Shown here: positions 26,279 through 34,602 of the stretch, piece by piece
How positions within the stretch are numbered: position 1 is the stretch's first letter
Layout: each line of letters begins with the position of its first letter
Assembly: GCA_963792705.1 (NCBI GenBank)
Contig: CAWBXD010000010.1
Location: 2,224 to 66,223, forward strand
Origin: an uncultured Chloroflexia bacterium
GTDB lineage: Bacteria > Chloroflexota > Ktedonobacteria > Ktedonobacterales > Ktedonobacteraceae
Reading direction: 5' to 3'
Length of the DNA stretch: 64,000 bases
Notes under the pieces: generated by a model
The model's input: the letters and a program-made list of their open reading frames with translations, nothing else
What the model was told of the DNA's origin: nothing
Databases searched by the model: none
Program-made: the position numbers and the translations under genes

Positions 26279-28678
26279 ATGAGGATTTATAATACCTTGA
26301 CACGGCAGATAGAAGAGATTGTGCCTATGGAGGATGGGAAGATCAAGATGTATTCTTGTGGCCCCACCGTCTATCGCTATATCCACATTGGCAACTTGCG
26401 AACCTTTGTCATGGCAGACTGGGTGCGAAGAGCCTTTGAGTATCGAGGGGTTGAAGTCCTGCATGTAAAAAATATTACCGACGTGGGACATATGCGACGC
26501 GAAGTCGTAGACCAAGGCGAAGATAAGGTTGAGGCACAGGCACGTAAAGAGGGAAAGTCATCTCTTGAGATTGCACAATTCTATACCGACGCCTTCCATG
26601 AAGATGAAACGTTACTGAACATCCTGCCAGCACACGTTTTTCCACGCGCAACACAGCACGTCCCCGAAATGATTAAGATTATTCAAGGGTTAGTGGCAAA
26701 AGAAATTGCCTATGAGGTCAACGGGAATGTGTACTTCGATATCAAACGCTTTCCTGACTATGGCAAGCTTTCTGGCAACCTGCTCGAACATATGATGGCG
26801 GGAGTACACGAGGGCGTTGATGCAGACCGACACAACCCTGAAGATTTTCCCTTGTGGAAGGTTGCCGAACCTGGACGCGAAATGGCGTGGGAAAGTCCGT
26901 GGGGACGCGGCTTTCCTGGCTGGCACATCGAGTGTACAGCAATGTCGATGAAGTATCTTGGTACACATTTTGACCTGCACACGGGCGGCGTTGACAACAT
27001 TTTCCCACATCACGAAGATGAAATCGCACAAAGTGAAGGCTTTTCGGGTGAGCAGTTTGTCAACTACTGGCTCCATGCACAGCATCTGCTCGCCGATGGG
27101 CAAAAGATGGCAAAGTCTACCGGCAATGCATATACACGGGCAGAGGTGGCGTCGCGTGGCTTTGAACCAATGGCCTTGCGCTATTTTTATACAACAGCAC
27201 TCTACCGTAGTCGTCTCAACTTTACCTTTCGAGCCTTGCAAGCAGCCCAAACTTCTTTAGAACGACTCAGAGACTTAGCATACCGTCTACTGTTGCAAGG
27301 AGACGAAAAAGCCATCTTTTCTGATGAACCGATGCTGGAGGATGAGGGAAGGCAGTGGAGAGCGACCTTTCTTGCCGAAGTTGAGAACGATTTGAATATG
27401 CCTCGTGCGATGGCGGTTGTCTGGGCGATGCTACGTTCAGCAGAAAACGCAACGACGAAACTGCGTGTACTCTTCGACATGGATTGTATTCTTGGCTTTG
27501 GGCTTAAAGCATACCTTGCAAGTGATCAACCTCAACATAGAATTGAACCTGCCGCCTATCTAGCAGCCGTACCATCGCCAGTGGCCGCTCAAGTACAGAC
27601 ACGCGCAACCTTAAGAACACAACAAAGTTACCAGCAAGCTGATACTCTACGTCAGCAATTGAGTCAAGAGGGCTATCTGGTACGGGATACAGAGCGAGGT
27701 ACACTCGTTGCACCACGTCGCCTGGATGAAGAGTTTTCGGTTCTCGCCCGTTCTACCGATGCTCCCGATATGACACAAAAGTCGGACCTCTTCGAATTTT
27801 CGGTGAACCTATTAGCGCATAACAGCAAAGATGATGTAGCACGCTGTATAGAGAGTGTGCGACGTTCGGTTGGAAAGCACACGATAGAGATCGTTGTGAT
27901 CGACAATGGGTCAACAGACGAAACGCTGCCCTATCTACAACAGCTTGCGCGTCAAGGAGATTTGACGGGGGAAGATGGGCAACGCATTGGTCTACACGTG
28001 CTCTTCGCAGACCACAACATGGGTTTTGCAGCGGGTCGTAATGCAACGATGCGTGTGAGTTGTGGACATTTTATTGTGCTGATGGATACCTCTATCGAGG
28101 TCAAAGGGGATATCTGGACACCATTAGCAACCACGCTAGCAGACCCGTTAGTAGGTGTGGTGGGACCTTATGGTTTGGTGACAGAAGACCTGCGTGACTT
28201 TCATGAGTCTGTAGGACCACAGGTTGACGCGGTTGAAGGCTATCTCATGGCCTTCCGTCGTACACTTCTATCAGAGGTAGGGTGGATTGATGAGAAATTT
28301 CGTTTTTACCGTTTGATGGACATTTTCTATAGTTTCTTTTTCAAGGCAGCAGGCTATCGTGCTATGACGGTTTCACCCGTGGTAGAGCTGATCGAGAAGC
28401 ATCCACACCGTGAATGGTATAGTCTCAGTGAGGACGAACAGCGTACAAAAAGCAAGAAAAACTATGATATCTTCCGTGATCGCTGGCATCACGGCGAAAG
28501 CCTTCTTGTGAAAAACTATAATCCAGAGCATTTGTGGCCCAGTCACAATCACCCCTTGCATCTTCAAGGGACCCATACGCATACACCGGATGAACTTCCA
28601 GCTCCTGGTACGATGCATAGTCATTCGCATCAGCATTGGCCCGATCATTCGCATGAACATCTTCATGTACATGAATAG
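26279..28678 (+). CDS. cysS: cysteine--tRNA ligase fused to a GT2 glycosyltransferase domain and a His-rich tail
   Basis: CysRS: MYSCGPTVYRYIHIGNLRT (HIGH), WHIEC, FPHHEDEIAQSE, KMAKSTGN (KMSKS), and the C-terminal ADTLRQQLSQEGYLVRDTERGT. GT2: FSVNLLAHNSKDD, VVIDNGSTDET, VLMDTS, GYLMAFRRTLLSEVGWIDEKF. Tail: THTHTPDELPAPGTMHSHSHQHWPDHSHEHLHVHE. Confidence 0.85.
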   Translation: MRIYNTLTRQIEEIVPMEDGKIKMYSCGPTVYRYIHIGNLRTFVMADWVRRAFEYRGVEVLHVKNITDVGHMRREVVDQGEDKVEAQARKEGKSSLEIAQFYTDAFHEDETLLNILPAHVFPRATQHVPEMIKIIQGLVAKEIAYEVNGNVYFDIKRFPDYGKLSGNLLEHMMAGVHEGVDADRHNPEDFPLWKVAEPGREMAWESPWGRGFPGWHIECTAMSMKYLGTHFDLHTGGVDNIFPHHEDEIAQSEGFSGEQFVNYWLHAQHLLADGQKMAKSTGNAYTRAEVASRGFEPMALRYFYTTALYRSRLNFTFRALQAAQTSLERLRDLAYRLLLQGDEKAIFSDEPMLEDEGRQWRATFLAEVENDLNMPRAMAVVWAMLRSAENATTKLRVLFDMDCILGFGLKAYLASDQPQHRIEPAAYLAAVPSPVAAQVQTRATLRTQQSYQQADTLRQQLSQEGYLVRDTERGTLVAPRRLDEEFSVLARSTDAPDMTQKSDLFEFSVNLLAHNSKDDVARCIESVRRSVGKHTIEIVVIDNGSTDETLPYLQQLARQGDLTGEDGQRIGLHVLFADHNMGFAAGRNATMRVSCGHFIVLMDTSIEVKGDIWTPLATTLADPLVGVVGPYGLVTEDLRDFHESVGPQVDAVEGYLMAFRRTLLSEVGWIDEKFRFYRLMDIFYSFFFKAAGYRAMTVSPVVELIEKHPHREWYSLSEDEQRTKSKKNYDIFRDRWHHGESLLVKNYNPEHLWPSHNHPLHLQGTHTHTPDELPAPGTMHSHSHQHWPDHSHEHLHVHE

Positions 28679-28709
28679 GGAATATCAGGAAAGAGGAGTT
28701 ATACACCGT

Positions 28710-30314
28710 ATGTTCGTACTAGAAGATGTCTCGATAGTGACCGCTCAGGAGTCATTTGATCATTTAACGCCAAACCAAGTTGTGTTCTTAGATGGGAGTA
28801 TGGGACCACTCACTCCTGCACAAGAGGCTGCGCTTTGCAGCTTTGTTGAAAATGGTGGTGGATTAGTCTGTAGCGGAAACGCAGTAGAGATGTACCATGA
28901 GTATGATGCTCTAGGTGCAGTTCTTGGGCATGTCCGTGGCATGTGTACTCCGCAAAGCGAAATCATCGTGCGGGTCGCCACCCCTGACTCCTATCTCACA
29001 CGTCGTGTTGATACTTCTTTCGCGGTGTTTGAGGCGGTCTATTTGCTGGCAAGAGTTCCTTCTGATGCTCAAATTCTATGGAGCACTACATGGCACTACG
29101 TACCATATGCCGTTGCGTATACCCGTTCCTATGGTCGCGGAAGAGTCTTCTGTACAACGTTAGGCAGTACATCAGAGACACAAACGCATCCTGTGTTTCA
29201 ACAAATGTTAGGACGTGCCATGCGTTATGCGGCAGGAGTGAACACAATAGAAATACCTGCACGGGTGGCGATGATTGGCTATGGCGCGATTGGTTTTGAG
29301 CACGGAACAGCAATTAGTAATGTATCAGGGTTAGAATACGCACTGGTATGTGACCGCAATGAAGAACGTCTGAGTGCGGCACAAACCGCTTTTCCAGGAG
29401 TACGTACCTGTACCGACTTGCAAGAAGTGGCTGAAGACCCAACAATCAATGTAGTGATCGTCTCAACACCACCCAATACGCATGCCGCTATTACCATGCA
29501 GATGTTACACGCAGGAAAACACGTTGTCAGCGAAAAACCGTTTTGTTTGACAACCGCTGAAGCCGATGAGATGATCGAGCTTGCTACGACCTTGCAACGC
29601 GCCTTAACCGTCTATCAATGCAGACGTTGGGACCCAGATTATCTTGCCATTCAGCAGGTCATCAAAAGCGGAAGTATTGGTCCCATATTTCACATGGAAA
29701 CCTTTATTGGTGGCTATACACATCCATGTGATTACTGGCATTCGCACGAACCAATCTCCGGTGGTGTCTTTTATGATTGGGGATCACACTACCTGGATTG
29801 GATATTGCAACTCATTCCCGACCGTGTGGTAAGTGTGCGCGGCGTAAAACATAAACGTGTATGGCATGATGTCACCAATGCGGACCAGTCAACTGTCTAT
29901 CTGCGTTTCGCCAACGGGCAGGAAGCCGAGTTTATGCATTCAGACATCGCGGCGGCGATGAAGCCAAAGTGGTATATTCTAGGGGAGCAGGGTGCTATTG
30001 TGGGGGATTGGCGACAGGAGACGATAAAGACACGCCGTTGGTCGGGCGACCTTATTGAAGAACAACTTGCCCCTTCTGAAGCATTACCCAATCTCGTCGT
30101 CTCTACCCGCGATAGAAGCGGTGCCATTCATGAACAGCATCTCACACTCCCCTCTGCACCATTGTATGCCTTTCATCGGAATCTCGCCAACCATCTCCAT
30201 TCGGGAGAGGCTTTAGCGGTACCACCCGAAGAGTCAAGACGTAACATCATGGTGATGGAGGCAGCGAAACGTTCCGCAGAACAGGACAGCGAAAGCATTG
30301 CTCTCGATTGCTAA
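28710..30314 (+). CDS. fusion of a ThuA-like domain with a Gfo/Idh/MocA NAD(P)-dependent oxidoreductase
   Basis: N-terminus VVFLDGSMGPLTPAQEAALCSFVENGGGLVCSGNAV is ThuA-like. From about residue 205, RVAMIGYGAIGFEHG...VVIVSTPPNTHAAITMQMLHAGKHVVSEKP is the Gfo/Idh/MocA Rossmann region. SD AAGAGGAG lies before ATG 28710. Confidence 0.75.
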   Translation: MFVLEDVSIVTAQESFDHLTPNQVVFLDGSMGPLTPAQEAALCSFVENGGGLVCSGNAVEMYHEYDALGAVLGHVRGMCTPQSEIIVRVATPDSYLTRRVDTSFAVFEAVYLLARVPSDAQILWSTTWHYVPYAVAYTRSYGRGRVFCTTLGSTSETQTHPVFQQMLGRAMRYAAGVNTIEIPARVAMIGYGAIGFEHGTAISNVSGLEYALVCDRNEERLSAAQTAFPGVRTCTDLQEVAEDPTINVVIVSTPPNTHAAITMQMLHAGKHVVSEKPFCLTTAEADEMIELATTLQRALTVYQCRRWDPDYLAIQQVIKSGSIGPIFHMETFIGGYTHPCDYWHSHEPISGGVFYDWGSHYLDWILQLIPDRVVSVRGVKHKRVWHDVTNADQSTVYLRFANGQEAEFMHSDIAAAMKPKWYILGEQGAIVGDWRQETIKTRRWSGDLIEEQLAPSEALPNLVVSTRDRSGAIHEQHLTLPSAPLYAFHRNLANHLHSGEALAVPPEESRRNIMVMEAAKRSAEQDSESIALDC

Positions 30315-30372
30315 TTAATGAAAGAAACGAATACAGGTAAGTAAACTTACTTGTGGAAGGAAACACCAACGT

Positions 30373-31146
30373 ATGATGTCTAGTAGTCAACGCCGTAGCC
30401 CTGGCACAGTTGCACTTGTAGGCTCCGGTGAATACCTTGATGTGATGAACGAGGTTGATACCTATCTCTTAAATACTGTGGGAGGTGCAGGGACAGCGAA
30501 AGTTGCCCTTCTTCCAACAGCAAGCGGTCTGGAGCCAAATGGACCAACATCCTGGAACAATCTAGGCTTACAACATTTCAAGAAGCTAGGTGTACAAGAT
30601 ATACGTGCAACACGTATCATTAATCGCGCCAGCGCGTTTGACCAAGCACAACTGGACCTCTTACAAGGTGCCGACTTCTATTATTTTTCTGGTGGCAATC
30701 CGCAGCACACCATAGATACATTGCGAGACTCGCCAGCATGGAACATCATTAAAACAGCGTATGAGAATGGGGCGGTTCTTGCTGGCTGTAGTGCTGGTGC
30801 GATGATGCTTAGCGCGCGAACTATCTCTGTGCGACAGGTTATGATGGGAGAGCCAGTAAGCTTTGTCGAGGCAATGGGCGTTGTGCCAAACGTGATTGTA
30901 TTTCCCCACTTTGACCGCATGGCTGGCTTCTTAGATCAAAACCGCTTCTCACACCTGCTAAGTTCTATTCCTGACCAGAATCGTGTTATTGGCGTTGACG
31001 AAGATACTGCGCTAGTACGTATCGAGCCAAGCGAAACACCTGACAAGCCAGCTCGATGGCGTGTCATGGGGCGGCAGACCGTCAGCATATTTGACGGAGA
31101 CAAAAAACCACGCATACTTCGTAGTGGAGATGAGATAGCATTGTAA
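30373..31146 (+). CDS. peptidase S51 family (cyanophycinase/peptidase E-like), second paralog
   Basis: VALVGSGEY at the N-terminus and nucleophile motif VLAGCSAGAMML. Same architecture as 22107..22817. Confidence 0.7.
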   Translation: MMSSSQRRSPGTVALVGSGEYLDVMNEVDTYLLNTVGGAGTAKVALLPTASGLEPNGPTSWNNLGLQHFKKLGVQDIRATRIINRASAFDQAQLDLLQGADFYYFSGGNPQHTIDTLRDSPAWNIIKTAYENGAVLAGCSAGAMMLSARTISVRQVMMGEPVSFVEAMGVVPNVIVFPHFDRMAGFLDQNRFSHLLSSIPDQNRVIGVDEDTALVRIEPSETPDKPARWRVMGRQTVSIFDGDKKPRILRSGDEIAL

Positions 31147-31160
31147 AAGGAAGCTTTCCC

Positions 31161-31189
31161 TTGACAAACTCTCAAAAATCGCGTACTAT
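31161..31189 (+). promoter_or_regulatory. near-consensus promoter (TTGACA-17-TACTAT) abutting the ArsR-family start codon
   Basis: TTGACA at 31161..31166, a 17-nt spacer, then TACTAT at 31184..31189. The expected +1 at about 31196 coincides with the A of the second ATG. Confidence 0.65.
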
Positions 31190-31195
31190 ATGAGC

Positions 31196-31603
31196 ATGCA
31201 CTCAGATACACATAAAAAACAGAAAGATGTACCCTCTGCTCTGACGCCAATCGATCCTGATGGTGTCGCAGAACTTCAGGCATCAGCTCCATCAGACGAA
31301 CTGATTGCGGTTGTAACGGGCACATTTCAAGCACTCGGCGACCCAACACGGCTGAAAATATTGTACGCGTTAGTGAAGCGTTCCTGCTGTGTGCGTGATT
31401 TAGCAATCCTAGTAGGTGTTTCGGAGTCGGCTGTATCGCATCAACTCAGATTTTTAAAGGATCGGCGGCTGGTAAAACAACGACGCGAGGGAACAACTAT
31501 TTACTATTCTTTGGATGATAGCCACTTAGAGGTACTCTTTAGGGAGGCAGAAAATCACGCGGACCATGTGTATTATGGTCTTCCCGATCATCCTAACGCC
31601 TAA
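31196..31603 (+). CDS. ArsR/SmtB-family metal-sensing repressor (probably translated from a leaderless mRNA)
   Basis: LGDPTRLKILYALVKRSCCVRDLAILVGVSESAVSHQLRFLKDRRLV is the canonical ArsR wHTH with a Cys pair. The ORF could also begin at ATG 31190. Confidence 0.88.
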   Translation: MHSDTHKKQKDVPSALTPIDPDGVAELQASAPSDELIAVVTGTFQALGDPTRLKILYALVKRSCCVRDLAILVGVSESAVSHQLRFLKDRRLVKQRREGTTIYYSLDDSHLEVLFREAENHADHVYYGLPDHPNA

Positions 31604-31733
31604 AGAAAGGCGAACGCGACTCGCTTAATGAGTCGCATATTTATTCGATATCTATCTGAGCGGGTGAGCATATACACAGCTACATAGATTGTACATAATG
31701 AATTGTTACGAACAGAAAGGCAAAGGAAACACG

Positions 31734-32537
31734 ATGCATACACCATCACTCTTATTACTCTTGGGAGCTGCGGCGGCTGTTGCAATATTACATTCCATTC
31801 TTCCCGATCACTGGGTGCCTCTTGCAGTGGTTGCACGCACACAACGCTGGGGTTTACTGCGTGTTACGCGTGTAAGTGCGCTAGCATCAGTTGGGCATGT
31901 TATCACCTCTTTGGTGCTGGGAGGAATTGTCGCCCTTATTGGACTACAATTTCAGCGTCAACTCGATACACAACAAGGACATATCATTGGTGGCATCCTC
32001 ATCCTTACAGGTTTTGGTTTTCTGGTTTGGGGACTCATTGGTGGAGGACATGGGCATAGTCATACAGGGGAAGGACATACCCATGCTCATGGTGTAGAGC
32101 ACGAATATGGACATGTTGATGAACATGAGCACGGGGAACACAGTCATGACGCAGAGCATGAGCATCATCATACAGAAGAGCACGAGCATGCTCATGAGGA
32201 ACACGCACACGAGTCTGCACAAGCTAGCAAGAAGCCTATCAAACAGCAAACGCTTGCTGGCAAACTTGCAACAATTGCGGTTCCCTTTGGTATTGCAGCT
32301 TCGCCTGATTTAACGATTTTGCCTGTGGCATTGGGAGCAAGTGCTCTTGGAGGAGGCGCGGTTGTTGGCGTATTGGGAGTTTTCGCTGCTTTGACTATCG
32401 GTACCTTTATTGGTCTCACTGTACTTGCCACGCTTATTGGGTATCAAGTCAAAGGGGCATGGTTAGAAAACAATGCAAATACCATCACATCTCTTGTTCT
32501 CGTTGCGATTGGTGTTGTGGCATTTGTTGGCTTTTAG
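31734..32537 (+). CDS. His-rich-loop metal transporter, RcnA/NicO-like (putative Ni/Co efflux)
   Basis: TM1 motif LHSILPDHWVP, six hydrophobic segments, and a central loop GGGHGHSHTGEGHTHAHGVEHEYGHVDEHEHGEHSHDAEHEHHHTEEHEHAHEEHAHE. It lies immediately downstream of the ArsR gene. Confidence 0.55.
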   Translation: MHTPSLLLLLGAAAAVAILHSILPDHWVPLAVVARTQRWGLLRVTRVSALASVGHVITSLVLGGIVALIGLQFQRQLDTQQGHIIGGILILTGFGFLVWGLIGGGHGHSHTGEGHTHAHGVEHEYGHVDEHEHGEHSHDAEHEHHHTEEHEHAHEEHAHESAQASKKPIKQQTLAGKLATIAVPFGIAASPDLTILPVALGASALGGGAVVGVLGVFAALTIGTFIGLTVLATLIGYQVKGAWLENNANTITSLVLVAIGVVAFVGF

Positions 32538-32667
32538 AAAGTGTATGTTCTACATCTCTCCTGATGATACATTGAAGAAACCTTGATACTTCCTTGACGT
32601 TGTACGACTATACTTCCCGTACAGTGTAGCTCGTACACTGCAATACGAAAGGAAATGCAAGGAACGT

Positions 32668-33156
32668 ATGGCACAACATCGAGGATATCTTTTAGGACGA
32701 CTCTTCGCCCTTCTCGCAGCACAGGAGGCATTAGAAAGCTCTCCTGAACACCTGTATCAAGTGGTATCGACCACTCCCCCACAAGTAATGCCCAAAGCTC
32801 TTGCGAGGATGATTGAGGCAGGCAAGGAAGAAATGCTTTTTCCTCTTATGCAGCAACTTCCGCTTGATGCTTTTGACAGCGCACTCAACAGGCGCGAACA
32901 GGGTGCATTCGCGCTAGGGTATATGCATGAACGCTCTGGCTATTCCGCGCCTCTTATAGAGGAAGAGCGAGATAACGATGAACCGGATTTGACGGAACGC
33001 TACGAATTTCGTCTTGACCCTCAGTTAAAAGAATGGCTTAAAACAAGGGGCGGTGGTGGGTTCATTCGTACACTTCTACGCGCAGAACGTACAGCTATGG
33101 TGCAAGATACAACATTCAAGCAACTCTCAGGGGGAGACGAAGAATATGCATCATAA
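32668..33156 (+). CDS. solitary Cas11 / Cas8c-C-terminal-like helical protein with a possible RHH-like C-terminal extension
   Basis: [17 protein letters not shown] ... [12 protein letters not shown] ... [27 protein letters not shown] mirrors the conserved pattern of Cas8c/Csd1 C-termini (LGRLFAvLE..Q ... aSaTP..vFp ... FP..LsleeQG.F.LGYYHQR). The tail [29 protein letters not shown] follows. Confidence 0.45.
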   Translation: MAQHRGYLLGRLFALLAAQEALESSPEHLYQVVSTTPPQVMPKALARMIEAGKEEMLFPLMQQLPLDAFDSALNRREQGAFALGYMHERSGYSAPLIEEERDNDEPDLTERYEFRLDPQLKEWLKTRGGGGFIRTLLRAERTAMVQDTTFKQLSGGDEEYAS

Positions 33157-34573
33157 TGGACAAAGGGGAACACTGCGCCTCACTCAGTATACAAGCGTTC
33201 TTATGCTGTGTTTATTAACAGCCACCACACTTGCGGCTTGCTCATCCGGCTCAAAAACTGCAACAACGACCACGAATAGCACTGCTGGTATTCATAAGAT
33301 ACAGCATGTTGTGGTGATTATGCAGGAAAACCGTTCCTTCAATTCCTATTTTGGGACCTATCCCGGTGCTGATGGCATTCCCATGCAAAACGGTGTTCCT
33401 ACCGTTTGCGTCAACGACCCCAAGACAGGAACGTGCGTCAAACCTTTCCACGACTCCAACAATAAAAACGGTGGTGGTCCTCATAACGAAACGGCTGCTA
33501 CCGCCGATATCAACGGTGGCAAAATGGATGGTTTTATTGCTCAAGCAGAGAAGGGCAAAAAAGGATGTGTTGACCCAACCAACCCAAATTGTAGCAACTC
33601 GACAACACCTGATGTAATGGGTTATCATGATGCCCGTGAAATTCCTAATTATTGGACATATGCGAAAGACTTTGTGCTACAAGACCATATGTTTGAGCCG
33701 AATGCCTCGTGGAGTTTGCCTTCACACCTGTTTATGGTTTCGGCATGGTCCGCGAAATGCACGCAGCAAGGCGATCCTGCAAGCTGTACGAATGCTCTCG
33801 ACGGTGCAAGCGGCACCAAAGGCGTACAGAAAAATGATTATGCGTGGACTGATTTGACGTACTTGCTGTACAAGCAGAAGGTAAGTTGGGCATACTATCT
33901 CGATCAGGGTAGTGAGCCAGACTGTGAAGACGATCAGATGACATGCACACAGCATGCACAAAAGGTCAAGGTACCTGGCATCTGGAATCCGCTTCCACAG
34001 TTTGACACGGTGAAAAATGACGGACAGCTTAGCAATATTCAAGACATCTCGAATTTTGCGACGGCGGCCAAGCAGGGCAAGCTTCCGGCTGTCTCATGGG
34101 TTGTTCCAAACGGAACGGATAGCGAGCATCCACCTGCACTCATCAGTACAGGCCAATCTTATGTAACCTCACTTATTAACTCGATTATGCAAGGACCCGA
34201 CTGGAATAGCACTTCTATCTTCCTTTCCTGGGATGACTGGGGTGGCTTCTACGATCATGTTACACCACCCAATGTGGACGAAAACGGCTATGGCTTACGC
34301 GTGCCAGGACTGGTTATCAGCCCTTATGCAAAGCAAGGGTCGATTGACCATCAGACACTCAGCTTTGATGCCTATCTCAAGTTCATCGAAGACGACTTCT
34401 TGAATAGTGTGCGTCTCGACCCTAAGACGGATGGGCGACCTGATCCACGTCCAGACGTGCGTGAGAATGCTTCAATCTTAGGTAATTTAGTCAACGATTT
34501 TGACTTCAATCAGTCGCCACGTAGTCCAGTGCCATTACCGATCAATCCAGCACCGGGACCGGCCTCTACCTAG
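33146..34573 (+). CDS. phosphoesterase-family lipoprotein (phospholipase C / AcpA acid phosphatase type)
   Basis: Lipobox [10 protein letters not shown]. Family signature [26 protein letters not shown], later [13 protein letters not shown] and [13 protein letters not shown] 33146 with GGGGGAG upstream overlaps the previous ORF by 11 nt. Confidence 0.85.
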   Translation: MHHNGQRGTLRLTQYTSVLMLCLLTATTLAACSSGSKTATTTTNSTAGIHKIQHVVVIMQENRSFNSYFGTYPGADGIPMQNGVPTVCVNDPKTGTCVKPFHDSNNKNGGGPHNETAATADINGGKMDGFIAQAEKGKKGCVDPTNPNCSNSTTPDVMGYHDAREIPNYWTYAKDFVLQDHMFEPNASWSLPSHLFMVSAWSAKCTQQGDPASCTNALDGASGTKGVQKNDYAWTDLTYLLYKQKVSWAYYLDQGSEPDCEDDQMTCTQHAQKVKVPGIWNPLPQFDTVKNDGQLSNIQDISNFATAAKQGKLPAVSWVVPNGTDSEHPPALISTGQSYVTSLINSIMQGPDWNSTSIFLSWDDWGGFYDHVTPPNVDENGYGLRVPGLVISPYAKQGSIDHQTLSFDAYLKFIEDDFLNSVRLDPKTDGRPDPRPDVRENASILGNLVNDFDFNQSPRSPVPLPINPAPGPAST

Positions 34574-34602
34574 TAAGCAAGGGCATTCGCAACAAAATGC
34601 CT

